Made by a program: the position numbers and the translations under genes
Notes under the pieces: generated by a model
What the model saw: only the letters and a program-made list of their open reading frames with translations
The model's database searches: none
What the model was told of the DNA's origin: nothing
In this document: positions 1-12,974 of the stretch, in pieces
Layout of the letters: every line of letters begins with the position of its first letter
How positions within the stretch are numbered: position 1 is the first letter of the stretch
NCBI RefSeq assembly: GCF_006345805.1
Contig: NC_042999.1
Coordinates: 69,006,001 to 69,070,000 of the forward strand
DNA: 64,000 nt
Reading direction: 5' to 3'
Source: Octopus sinensis
Lineage: Eukaryota

Positions 1-234
1 AGAGAAGATATGGGGCTTCTACAAGTCACAGTGCAGGCAACCTGTCAAAGAAAGTGGTGACTCTGAAAAATAAATGAACATAACATGAATATTGTAAGCT
101 ATACCTGTTGTTTCTGCTGTGTTGGTTAAATGATGATGGATTTCAGCAGATGGCGAGATGTGGTAAGATTAGTCCAGACTTTGCCAGCATGGAGAAATGA
201 ACAGAAAGGGAAGGTGATGATGACATATGTATGT

Positions 235-303
235 ATACATGTATGTATGTATGTATGTATGATGTATGTATGTATGTATGTATGTATGTATGTATGTAGT
301 ATG

Positions 304-361
<58 letters not shown>

Positions 362-476
362 TATATATATATATACATATATATAAACACACACATATAC
401 ACATATATATATATGAATATATATACATGTATGTATGTATATACACACACATATATATATGAATATAATATGTATG

Positions 477-511
<35 letters not shown>

Positions 512-572
512 ATATATATATTACTATATATATGAATTATATATACACCACACACATATATATACATTATAT

Positions 573-603
<31 letters not shown>

Positions 604-720
604 ACATATATATATGATATATATACACACACACATATATATAACATATCTTATATAGATATATATATATATATATATTATATAATATATATATACCACT
701 CATAGATATATACACATATA
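235..720. repeat. (GTAT)n/(AT)n microsatellite
   Basis: Directly visible. Confidence 0.95.
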
Positions 721-727
721 TAGATAT

Positions 728-1265
728 ATATATAATTTCAACAATTGAGGGCAAAATTAATTAATATTAATCATTTCACCAAGTGTTCAGTATGCAAAGG
801 GACCATTCAAGGCGAATTCAAATTATACATTATATAAAAGGGCTTAGTAAAATAAATTACTTTGCCGCATACTGAAATCATTAGAAATAGCAGCTAAAAA
901 ACTTTTTAAAACTATTCTAATACTAAAGAAAATCTCTCTCATATATAGTGTTTGCTTAATTCAACTCACAAAAGTGAGTTGAATAAGCAAACACTATATA
1001 TGAGAGAGATTTTCTTTAAGTATTAGAAATAGCTTTAAAAAAGTTTTTTAGCTGCTATTTCTAATGAGTTCAGTATGCGGCAAAGTAATTTATTTACTAA
1101 GCCCTTTATATATGTAATAAATTAGATATATATATATATACCAGATATATAATATGAATATATATATAATATATATATTGTATGTTTGTATGTATATATA
1201 TGAATATTATACATATATATATGAATATATTATATATAATATATGTATGATGTATATATATATAG

Positions 1266-1299
<34 letters not shown>

Positions 1300-1573
1300 A
1301 CATGCATACATCTATATTATATATATATTCATATTATATATATATCTATATATATATAGAAATATATATATATATATATATTATTATATATATATGAATA
1401 TATATATATATATATAATAATATATATATATATATATGAATATATATATATATATGAATATATATATATATATCTATGAATATATATATATTCATATATA
1501 TATATATCATACATATATATATGAACACTTGGTGAAATTGATTAATAATTAATTAATTTGCCCTCAATTGTTG

Positions 1574-1585
<12 letters not shown>
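728..1585. repeat. Large foldback (palindromic) element embedded in (TA)n
   Basis: Inner arms about 823-969 and 974-1120 around an AAAA loop; outer arms about 728-789 and 1522-1585. Confidence 0.85.
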
Positions 1586-1632
<47 letters not shown>

Positions 1633-1662
1633 GCATACATATATTATATATATATATATCAG

Positions 1663-1696
<34 letters not shown>

Positions 1697-1959
1697 ATAT
1701 ATCTATATATATATATAGATATATGATATATATATATATATGAATATATATATATATATATATAATATATATATATAGATATATATGAATTTTTCACTTT
1801 GCAAAAAAAGAAAACATTTTTAAAAGGATTTTTCAATTATTAAATTTATATACATGTATTTTTGGTTTTTGCTTTATCAGTTTGTTCTTTTTTTAAAAAT
1901 TCCTCTTGTGATCACGAAGACAGTTTCAGTGGTGATGACAATAAAGTACATGATGATGA

Positions 1960-2460
1960 TCAGGAGGATGCTGATGAGGATGCTGATAAACAACTATTGC
2001 TGTCAATAATTAATTCACTTCCAGCTGATAATGACAACCATGATGACGACGATGATGAAGACGATGATGATGATGATGACGTGATTATCCTCCTCCTTCT
2101 TCTCCTCCTCCTCATCATCATCATTATTATCATCCTCAAAATTATATACACATGCTTCTGTCTCAGTTAAAATTTTTTTGCTTTGATGATGACAACAATG
2201 ATGATGATGATGGCAACGATGATGGCAATGATGATGATGATGATGACGATGATGATGATGATAGTGATGACGATGGTGACGACGATGATGATCGTGGTGG
2301 TGGTGGTGGTGATGATGATGATAATGATGAACACCAATTACAACAGCCTAAGTCTACCAACATCCCATCATCTTCATCATCATCACCATCATTATCATCA
2401 TCATCATCCCCATCATCATCATCACCACCATCATCATCATCATCATCATCACTGTCAGCA
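1960..2460. repeat. (GAT)n/(CAT)n trinucleotide repeats just downstream of the NPL-like stop codon
   Basis: Directly visible; probably within the 3'UTR. Confidence 0.9.
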
Positions 2461-2479
2461 CCACTTTTAGAATCCATTA

Positions 2480-2628
2480 TTACGACCGAAACAAGAATCC
2501 CAATTCTTCAAGTTCTAGCTTCATGGCAATCTTCTGCTCTTCTGGCATGCTGACAAGCGGTAACCTTGTGGGGCCAAGATCCATGCCAAATAAGGACAAC
2601 ATGGCTTTCTCTCTGGAGACAAGTTCCT
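2480..2628 (-). CDS. NPL: NPL-like last coding exon (ELVSREKAMLSLFGMDLGPTRLPL...GFLFRS*)
   Basis: attttgcag acceptor, phase 1; 149 nt to TAA. GP.RLPL is the DHDPS/NAL C-terminal signature. Confidence 0.93.
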
Positions 2629-2960
2629 CTGCAAAATAATTAAATAATACAGCATAATTACATGCATACAGAGCAGGAGATGTGTGTGCTAGTGTGTATA
2701 TATATTTGTATGTGTATATGTGTGTGTGCATGTGTGTTCTGTGTGTGTGTGTGAGTGTATGTGTATGTGTTTGTGTGTGAATGTGTGTGCATGTGTGTAT
2801 GATGTTTATGTATATTTGTATGTGTATATATGTCTGTGTGTGCACATGTGCGTGTGCATGAATGTGTGTGTATGAGTGTGTGTATGAATGTGTGTATGTA
2901 TGAATGTTTGTGTGTGTGTATATGAATGAATGTGTGTATGAGTGTGTGTGTGTGTGTGTG

Positions 2961-3002
<42 letters not shown>

Positions 3003-3358
3003 CATGTGTGTAAAATTCTTCATTTCTTAATGGAAACAGGAAATTCCTTCAGAGAAAAGCGGAGCAAGGGAATTCCCGAGAAATCTGGAAGAGTAAAGAG
3101 ATGGACTTCAGCTGCTTGATGGAGAAGGGTTCATTTATTTGCTCAACTGACCAGTGTGTCCATGCCTGAAGGAGGCACTGGATAAGGAGGTGGTGGTGGT
3201 GATAGAGAGAGAGAGAGAGAGAGTCAATGATAATGGCATGATGTGGGTGATGGTATTGATGGTGATGTGTGATATTGTGGCAAGAATAACACATTGTGTT
3301 TGCTAACATATTTTAGTAATTTATTTGCTTTATTCATCGAGTTACAATAAAAACAGCC

Positions 3359-3396
<38 letters not shown>

Positions 3397-3598
3397 TTGT
3401 GTCTAAGGTAAGTCATTCTCTTTTAGTGCCTTATTACTTAACACACTCACCGGTTCGATCTCCATTCATTTACTTAAAATTAAAATAATTTTAAATAGTA
3501 ATATAAAATAAAATAAATAAAGTAAATGAGTGGAAATTGAACAGGTGAGTGTGTTAAATAATAAGGCACTAAAAGTGAATGACTCTCCCCAGAGACAA
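3397..3598. repeat. Imperfect inverted repeat (MITE-like)
   Basis: GTCATTCTCTTTTAGTGCCTTATTACTTAACACACTCACC pairs with GGTGAGTGTGTTAAATAATAAGGCACTAAAAGTGAATGAC. Confidence 0.75.
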
Positions 3599-4896
3599 TA
3601 AAATATGCTTCAAGACACGAATTCACATAAAGAATCTTGCAAACTAAATCCAAAAATGAAATATATAAATATATATTTATAACTGCCGCTCCATCTGTTA
3701 TGACGACGAGGGTTCCAGTTGATCCAATTAATGGAACAGCCTGTTCATGAAATTAATAAGCAAGTAGCTGAACACTCCACACACGCACGTGTACCCTTAA
3801 CATAGTTTTCAGGGAGATTCAGGATGACGCAGAGTGTGACAAGGCTGGCCCTTTGAATTACAGTTACAACTCATTTTTACCAGGTGAGTGGACTGGAGCA
3901 ATGTGAAATAAAGTGCCTTGCTCAAGGACACAATCTGCTGTGGGTAATGAACTCATGACCTTATGACTGTAAGCCAAATACTCTAGTCACCAATCGACAC
4001 ACCTTTACAGTATACATCATCATCATCATCATCTTTTAACGTCCGTTTTCCATGCTGGTATGGGTTGGATGATTCAACCAGAGCTGGGAAGCTGGAGAGC
4101 TGCACCAGGTCCCATCCAGTCTGATTTGGTTTTGGTTTCTATGGCTGGATTCCCTTCCTAATGCCAACCACTTTACAGTGTATGATGGGTGCTTTTAATG
4201 TGCCACCAGTGCCTCTACATGGCACTGTCATGAGTGTCTTTTATGTGGCACTGACACAGGACTCTTCCGAGCGAATCTGCTGTGGAGGACAGGTCTTCTT
4301 GACTACAGCAAGGTGTCAGGTATCTCAGTCCTTTGTCATCTCATCTGAAAGGTTCAGCATTTTGAGGTCATCCTTCAGAGAGAGAGAGAGATGTGGGGGC
4401 AATAACTATATGATGCTAGGTGTGAAAAAAAATCTATTAATTAAAATAAATAAAACACTTCTTTAGTTCAGCTGCGCATATTCAGGTGGAAAAAGATTTT
4501 ATGCATGAAAGCATGTGATATAAGCCCAACTTTGCAAAAAGGACCCAGGGTGATGAGATGTTTTTGAAAAAAAAAGTACATCTCATATGCCATGAAATGT
4601 GATAGTAAAAAAAAAAAAATCAACCAAAATTTTAGGCCCCTTCGTGACTTTTGGTTCATTACGGAGATAAAAGTATAACTTTTGTTGTTGTCATCATTAT
4701 TTACTGTCCACTTTCCCATGCTTTCATTGGGGATGTGGAATTGGTTGAGGCAAATTACCTACGACTGGATGCCCTTCCTGTTGCCTACCCTTACCTGATT
4801 CCAAGTTAGGTAATATTTCACCATGACCAGACATTTTTCACAGAATATAATATGTGTGTGTGCGTGCGCGTGTGTGTGCATGTATGAAAGAGAGGA

Positions 4897-4937
<41 letters not shown>

Positions 4938-4971
4938 ATGATTGAGTGAAAGAGCTATAAATTCTACCTAC

Positions 4972-5014
4972 CATTGTATTTGGAGGTAATTTTCACTACA
5001 TTCACAGCCATCAA
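4972..5014 (-). CDS. NPL: NPL-like short exon (LMAVNVVKITSKYN)
   Basis: ttcttgttccag acceptor, G|gtaggt donor; 43 nt, phase 0 to phase 1. It is exactly the bridge required between the flanking exons. Confidence 0.85.
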
Positions 5015-5240
5015 CTGGAACAAGAAAAACAGAAAAAAATGTCTGAAATTCGGTATATATAACATATAACAAATAGCAAAGATAACACAAATGTATATTT
5101 CGCTCAGGCATTGCATGACTTACAACCTGGTGTAAAACTCAATATACATATGTTTCAGAATGAAGCATTCGATGAGTTAAGAGCAGGAATAAGAAAAAGA
5201 GATGACAAAGGAATAAAATTATTGTCTGATGAACTTCATT

Positions 5241-5310
5241 AGCTTGCAGCTGTTTCTGCTATGAGATGCAGTTGAGTGCCTGAATAACACCTAATAGCTT
5301 CATCAGAGCC
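5241..5310 (-). ncRNA. Degenerate hammerhead motif
   Basis: GGCT-CTGATGA-A-GCTAT...ATAGC-A-GAAAC(AGCT)GC-A-AGCT. The cleavage triplet is mutated to GCA. Confidence 0.4.
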
Positions 5311-5894
5311 TTAAATATGAATTGCAATATTGTTTGTCCCAGTATCTCTCATCTTATTTGTTTATTGCCCACAAGGGGTTAAATATAGAGGGGAAAAACA
5401 AGGACAGGCAAAGGGATTGAGTCAATTACATTGACCCCAGGGTGTAACTGGAACTTAATTTATCAACCCCGAAAGGATGAAAGGCAAAGTCGACCTCAGC
5501 AGAATTTGAACTCAGAACATTAGCGGCTGACGGAATACTGCTAAGGATTTCGCCCAGTGTGCTAACGTTTCTGCCAGCTCACCGCCTTGTGTCTCATCTG
5601 GTCTCTCATCAGGTCACTACTGACCACATCTCTGTGATCATAATATTATATTTGTGTTCAGTTATTTAAAGCAACAAATTTTACCACTGTTCGTTGGTTA
5701 ATCATTTTATTGGAGCTATTTGGTTACCACACTGATCACCATACTGACCATACTGACCATTGGTTAACACAGTGATCACTGATTAACTCATGGTCATTAA
5801 TTACTCCAATGACCATGAATTAACTTTATGACAATGGCCCCAAAAATTGGATGAAATATAGAAATTGTGTTATTCTGTTTTTAATGTAACCACG

Positions 5895-6668
5895 GCAGAG
5901 TGTAAGCACCCTGAGAGAAATGTTAGACATAAGAAACATCGGATATGGCATGCAAGAGAGACGTTTGTGTTGGTATGATCATGTACTGTAGATGGATGAG
6001 AAGAGCTGTGTGAAGAAGTGCCACTCCCAAACAGTGGAAGGAATCCAGGGTAGAGGGAAACCCAGGAAGACATGGGATGAGGTGGTGAAGCATGACCTTT
6101 GAATGTTGGGCCTCGCAGAGGCAGTGACAAAAGACCGAGACCTCTGGACCTCTGTGACTGAGAAAACCCAGCAAATAAAGTGAGTTCACAACTGTAACCT
6201 ACACCAGTGTCGCATAACCAACCCACTCAAAATACCTTGGATTGTAGGGCGACATGCCATGCTTGAGGAGACCTATTCAGTCAAGTACATCAACATCAAC
6301 ATGAATATCAAAATCAAATCAAATGGAAATTGTAGTTGTGAGCCCTGTGCTGGCAGCACGTAAAAAGTACCATCCAAACATGGCCGATGCCAGTGTCGCT
6401 TTGACTGGCTCCTGTGCCAGTGGAACATAAAAAGCACCATCCGATCGTGATCGATGCCAGCTTCTCTGGCCCCTGTGCCAGTGGCATGTAAAAAGTACCC
6501 ACCACACTCTCTGAGTGGCTGGCGTTAGGAAGGGCATCCAGCTGTAGAAACACTGCCAGATCACACTGGGGCCTGGTGCAGCCTCCTGGCTTCCCAGACC
6601 CCAGTCGAACCGTCCAACCCATGCCAGCATGGAAAATAGACATTAAACGATGATGATGATGATGATGA
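5895..6668 (+). mobile_element. RTE-clade LINE 3' end (ORF2 C-terminus plus 3'UTR ending in (GAT)n)
   Basis: Degenerate ...GRGKPRKTWDEVVKHDL... coding remnant followed by the 3'UTR that recurs throughout the window. Confidence 0.8.
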
Positions 6669-6865
6669 CTTAACTATGCCTGAAAGTGTTGTCTCTCTGG
6701 TTTAACTTATAAAACGGTGGAGTGAATCAAGTGTAATGATGACCAATAGTTGATGCGAAAGACAAGAATATTTAGTTACTGATAGAAACATTGGAATATC
6801 AAAGTTTGTTCTTTATTAGAAAGATAGAGCATGAAATTAATGTTTCTTAAAAATAAAATTCTTAC

Positions 6866-6991
6866 TTGGTCTCTTTGAGCAGTTTCTGAGTCTCCAGCTT
6901 CTAAGGCATTTTTCATTCTGTTGTATATAGGTGCCATATAAGCAGGAATAGCCAGACATGGAATTCCTATAGATAACGATGGTAACATATC
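6866..6991 (-). CDS. NPL: NPL-like exon (DMLPSLSIGIPCLAIPAYMAPIYNRMKNALEAGDSETAQRDQ)
   Basis: cttttccag acceptor, CAA|gtaaga donor; 126 nt, phase 0 to phase 0. Occupies the position of human QLLSALVMG...ALNYQ. Confidence 0.9.
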
Positions 6992-9900
6992 CTGGAAAAG
7001 AAAACAGGAAAATAAAAAAGAGAAAATTTTCCTGAAACTTAAGTTAGAGTTAGAAGGGACATACAACAAATACCTAGAACAAACAAAATTGACAACTGAT
7101 ATTTCTGCTGGGATCTTACTGAAGGTTTTTTATTTTGATGAGCAAAATACTGCATCCAGTGATGAGTCCTAGGAGTTTAGGAATTTAGGGGATGTATGGT
7201 TTTACTCCTTAGTCACCACTACTGTCATGTCCTGTCTGGCCCAGGTGTAGTTGTACCCATCGAGGACCCCAGTTATGGATCAAGTGGTAGATGGTTCTGA
7301 GTCTAAGTTGTACAGGACGTGGAGAAAGGTTGGCCCCTAGACATATGCCACTCAGACACACCAAGTCTGAGGACATGCTTGGCATTATGTAAATCAGTTG
7401 CCCCATTTAGAAGTCAAGCAAGCCTTGTGCATCATGGGTAATGGGAGCAAGCAGGAGACCAGGAGAGTGAAATGTAAATAAACTGGCAGAAGACAATGGG
7501 GTGACCACTGCTGTAACCCCCCACCCCACAAAAAAAACATGAACCTTCAGAGTTTGGCATGGAGGTCTATGATTGTGACAGGCTTGAAAAAGAGGCATGA
7601 CACATGAAGTGTATGGGGGGGGAGAAGCAAAAATTCAACTGGAAAGAAAAGATATTGAAGTAAATTATTTGTATAAGAAAACTAAGGGAAACTTGGTCGG
7701 TGAATATGATGCAACGAGTAAAATATAAATTTGTATGATGTGAGGGGCGAGTCTTTGGATAGGGTCACAGAGACAGATGATCACTGGACTTAGATGGAGT
7801 AGATTTTGTCCTGTGTTGCATGGAGATCATTACAGTTTGTTGGGAGTCATTAGACTATGCCCATACTGGAAAGACTTAGTCAAGCAAACTGATTTCAGAA
7901 CTTAGGTTCTTTTAAGTGTGGTATTTATTCGCTCAGTATCTTTTGACAAACTGCTATGTTATGGAGGTGTAAACAAACCAACACCAGTCGTTAAGCACTG
8001 TAGTTATAAACACACATGCAAATACACATATGAATTTATATATCACGCTTCTTACAATTTCTCTGTACAAAATCTACCCACAGGGCTTTAGTTAGCCCAG
8101 GGCTATAATAGAAGGTATCTGCTCAAGGTACCATGCGGTGGGACTGATCCCAAAACCACATGGCAAGAAATTTCCCCAAGACCCCTGATGAAGGCTGGAG
8201 GGTATATCAGCCGAAATGTTGTGCTAACAACAAACAAGATGAGGTCAAATATCCATCAAATGTAAATAATGTAAATAATTCCTCATCTCTTAAATATAGA
8301 ACCGTATTGAGAAGACCTGTCAAGCCAAGTGAAATCGTAGCCATAGCTGATCCCAGTTCCAGTTGACTGGTATCTGAAAAGCACTGTCTGAGAGCATGGC
8401 CGATGCTGGTGTCACATCAATGACACCTGTACCAGTGGCACGTAAAAAGCACCCACTACGCTCTTGGAGTGGTTGGTGTTAGGAAGGGCATCCAGCTGTA
8501 GAAACCATGCCAAACCAGATCAGAACCCGGTGAAGCTCCCTGGCTCTCCAGAACTCAGTCAAACCTATTTCTTTACTACCCACAAGGGGCTAAACACAGA
8601 GGGGACAAACAAGGTCAGACAAACGGATTAAGTCGATTATATCGACCCCAGTGCGTAACTGGTACTTATTTAATCGACCCTGAAAGGATGAAAGGCAAAG
8701 TAGACCTTGGTGGAATTAGAACTCAGAATGTAGCGGCAGACAAAATACCGCTAGAAATTTCGCCCGGCATGCTAACGTTTCAGCCAGCTCGTCGCCTTGT
8801 CAGTCAAACCGTCCAACCCATGCCAGCATGGAAAGCAGACATTAAACAACGATAACGATGATGGTGAACAAAGAATTTAGTATCATTAGTAAATTGGTGT
8901 TTGGAAAATAAATCAACAAGAACTTTTGATGGACGCTTTTTGTATTTAGTTAAATTTAACCTATTCATGCCGATCGTCTGTTTAAACTGACAATTTATAA
9001 GGGTACCATTTCTCTGTTTTTTTTCCGTTCTTGTTTTTGCTGCTTTCTTCCAAGGAATCTAATGCTCTTAGCTTAGTTTTTCCTTGGGGCTGGCCAAACT
9101 GGAGCAATCTCAAGTATAACCAGCCAAAATTGCAAAGATAATCTGGAACTCGACTGAGGAAAGAAAACTCCAAATGACCTGTCCTTGTTTTTTCTTGTCC
9201 CTGTTTTGTATCATCTGTCTGGATGTGTTGTTGTCCCTTTTTTTGTATCATCTAACTGTCTGGATGTTTTGCGTTCTTGTCTCATTTTTGGTATTCATTC
9301 AATCTGTCCTTCCTCCTGAGAAATCACCTTCAGATGCTGAGCCCCATGGAAGAGATGACAAAGGACCAGAATGACTGGCAATCTGCTGTGCTTGAGAAAA
9401 CCTGTCCATCTGAGAAAAAACTGAGGCCCTAAAGACATGTTGTTTACCCCTTTGCCCCAGCATATAATCTGTCCTTGACAAGTCTTTCCTTAACAACTCA
9501 TCTTCCTTACACCCCCTCCCTTCACCTGTGTTCACTCACTGCATTCCCCTCCCCCTCCATCTCCCACTCTCCTTTCCTGCTCTCACAAACTTACCCACCC
9601 ACTCACTTATATACACCTCCTGGTAACTTGAGGGTACGCATTCTGTTATATCTTCCTAACCATCTTGTCACTTGCTCCTTTTCCAACTGAGATTAGCCTT
9701 ATATCCCCTCCAATGAAAGTCACCTATTACTGTCCCCCTGTTCATAATGTAACCTCTCATCATCATCATCATCATCATTTAACGCCCGTTTTCCATGCTG
9801 GCATGAGTTGGATGGTTTGACTAGGGACTGGCAAGCTAGAAGGCCGCACCAGGCTCCAATCCAATCTGGCAATATTTCTACAGCTGGATGCCCTTCCTAA

Positions 9901-11423
9901 CGCCAACCACTCCGAGAGTGTAGTGGGTACTTTTTACGTGCCACTGGGAAGCCAGTCAGGCAGCACTGGCAAAGACCCACGCATGAATGGTGCTTACTGC
10001 ACAAAGCTGTCTTCCCTCCAAAACTACTCCCACCTCAATTGAGTGGGGAAGGTCATGTCATGCAACTTTGTGACTGCACAGGTAAAAGCCACCCATGGAT
10101 TCTGTGAAGTGGTTGGTATCAGAAATGGCATCCAACCATTGAAACCATTGCCAAATAGACACTGGTACACGATGCAGTCCTGTGACCCCCCTGGGTGTAG
10201 AGTGCCCAATGTTAACCTAAGTTTGTTATGATTGGGTATAGGTGGGGCCAATAATGCAGTGTTCTGTCCAGAGGCTTGCAAGGCTTTTAAGATGACCCAT
10301 CAAATCCTGTCAAACCGTCCAACCCATCCCATCATTGAAGACAGATATTAAATGACGGTGATTACGATAATGTCAAGATGATGATGATATATACATATTG
10401 TTACATGTGCCCTCCCTGTTTCAAGGGGACAGCTCACCAATACTCCCCAGTTCCATTACTGATTGCTTCTATTTGGCTCACCATTGGCATTTCTTTGGAA
10501 AGGGTTCATGACAAAGTCCCAAGCCCTTTCCCGAAGACTGTTGTCTTCTCCTGTGTCTTCATTCACTTTGTCTTATGTCATGCCACATGCCCCACTGTCA
10601 CACCTTCAAGTCCATTGACTTGTTTGGTTCTTCTGCAAGCTTATGCCATTCCAGGTTTGATGTTCTAAGGGATAGACATTCCCACTGTCAGGCATTGCCC
10701 TTCAGTTCACTCACATTGTTTAGCTGGTCAGATGAAACCAGGAACAAGTGTGTGGCCACTGCTGTACACTACAGCATCTGTTTCTTTATTACTCACAAGG
10801 GGCTAAACATAGAGGGGACAAACAAGGACAGACAAACGGATTAAGTCAATTACATCGACCCCAGTGCGTAACTGGTACTTAATTTATCGACCCCGAAAGG
10901 ATGAAAAGCAAAGTCGACCTCGGCAGAATTTGAACTCAGAAAGTAGCGGCAGACAAAATACCGCTAAGCATTTTGCCTTACATGCTAACGTTTCTGCCAG
11001 CTCACCGCCTTGTACACTACAGCATCTGTGGAGTCAATGGAAACCTTAAGGCAGAGGCACCATAGGATATTTGCCCTGTGACCCCCATGGGTGTAGAGTG
11101 CCCAATGTTAACCAAAGTGTGTCATGATTGGGTATAGGTGGGGCTGATAAAGCAGTGTTCTGTCCAGAAGCTTTTAAGATGGCCCTTTACACCACTGCAA
11201 CTCATGAATAACCGAAACCATTATATTCCTTATATATACTCCTGACCAGTATATTCAAAGGGTTAAACATTTATTAAGAATTGAAAGCAAATATGAAGGA
11301 GGAGAAGGAAGAGGAAGAGAGGATAAATAAGAAGAGGTAGGAAGAGGAAGAAGAGGCAGGAAGAGGAAGAAGTGGGGAAGGATGTGGAGGAAGAGGATGT
11401 TTCATGAACAAAACACTATTTAC

Positions 11424-11569
11424 CCCAGGAGTCTCTATGACAACTTGCAGTTTCCGTCGATCGAGATGTGCGCAGACCAGAGATTTGGTCAGACAGTCTG
11501 TGCAATCTTTCATTCCATGAAGAGTCGGAATCTTCAACATGGCTAACTGCATGACTTTCACTTCGTCCA
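11424..11569 (-). CDS. NPL: NPL-like exon with Schiff-base Lys (KIPTLHGMKD; Lys codon 11508-11510)
   Basis: ggtttcag acceptor, GGG|gtaaat donor; 146 nt, phase 1 to phase 0. Matches human KIPTFQGLKFS. Confidence 0.93.
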
Positions 11570-12768
11570 CTGAAACCAAAACCAACACTGAGTGAGTTTA
11601 AAATACATCATATGAATGAGCATACACACACATATATTTTTTAAACCTTTACAAGAAGAGAGATGATAGTGACTTCGAAGTTTTAGCTTACTAGCCTTTC
11701 TTGGACTTTGTCAGAAGGCTTCAAAGTCAAGGCTTCGAAGTCACTGTCACCCCACTTGCAAAAATTCGTTGAGGGAGTGCCCCAGTATGGCCACAGTCTA
11801 ATAATCAAAACAAGTAAAAGATAAAAGTTATGGCTTTTAATAAAAACTGTTGAGTAATTCTTCAATTTAATGTCAAATTACTTTTATAATTTTCCATTAA
11901 AAAAACCCCCATTAATATTAATAAAATCATTTAATTGCCTGGAAATACACAACATGCTATACAAGCTTGTCTGACCATTGTATTTTCAGGAGCATGAAAC
12001 TAACGGTAGCTCACATTTAAATCTTTTGTATATTAAATGATATCTAATATACACAGTATGGGGCCCTTTCCTCGGTGATACCATCAATAACAGAACAGCA
12101 CATCATATATACATATTGAGGCAGCAAGCTGGCTGAGTTGCTAGCATGCAAAGCAAAATGCTTGATGGTGTTATGTCTGTCTTTATGTTCTGAGTTCAAA
12201 TTCTGCTGAGGTCAACTTTGCCTTTCATCCTTCTGGGGGTCGATGAAATAGGTAACAGTTGCATACTGGGGGTCGTTGTTATTCACTTGCCCCTCACACC
12301 GAATTTCAGCCCTTGCACCTATAGTATAAAGGATTATACACACACACACACACACCTCTTTTATCTTTTTACTTGTGTCAGTTATTTGACCGTGGCCATG
12401 CTGGGGCACTCCCTTGAGGTAATTTTAGTCAAACAAATCGCCCCCAGTACTTATTTTTTGAAGCCTGGTACTTGTTCTATCGGGGATGTAAACACACCAA
12501 CACTGGTTGTCAAGCAGTGGTGGTGGGGGAAAACACAGACACACACAAATGTATATATACACAATGGGTTTCTTTCAGTTTCCGTCTATCAAATCCGTTC
12601 GCAAGGCTTTGGTCAGCCTGCAGCTATAGTAGAAGACACTTGCCCAAGGGTCTATGCAGTGGGACTGAACCTAGAACCATATGGTTGGTAAGCAAGCTTC
12701 TTACCACACAGTCACTCCTGCACCTATATATATATATTATATATATATACATATACATATATATATAA

Positions 12769-12815
<47 letters not shown>

Positions 12816-12866
12816 ATATATAATATATATATATATATGTATATTTATGTATATGTATATTTATGT

Positions 12867-12900
<34 letters not shown>

Positions 12901-12974
12901 AAATGTATACACATATATGCATATCTATATATACATATATATGCATATATATATATATTATATATATATACATA

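Noticed and set aside
1-235. Splice-like signals on the minus strand (donor near 104, acceptor near 63)
   Set aside because: Stops in all frames and an implausibly short intron; no product can be supported.
126-2553. Many ORFs rich in Y/I/H/M/D/S here and elsewhere (16.7-17.4, 35.2-35.9, 58.3-58.7, 62-63.9 kb)
   Set aside because: They are translations of AT, CA, GAT and CAT microsatellites, not genes.
3049-3084. Minus-strand acceptor followed by ISREFPCSAFL*, a possible alternative last exon
   Set aside because: No homology; the canonical path through 4972-5014 and 2480-2628 completes the fold.
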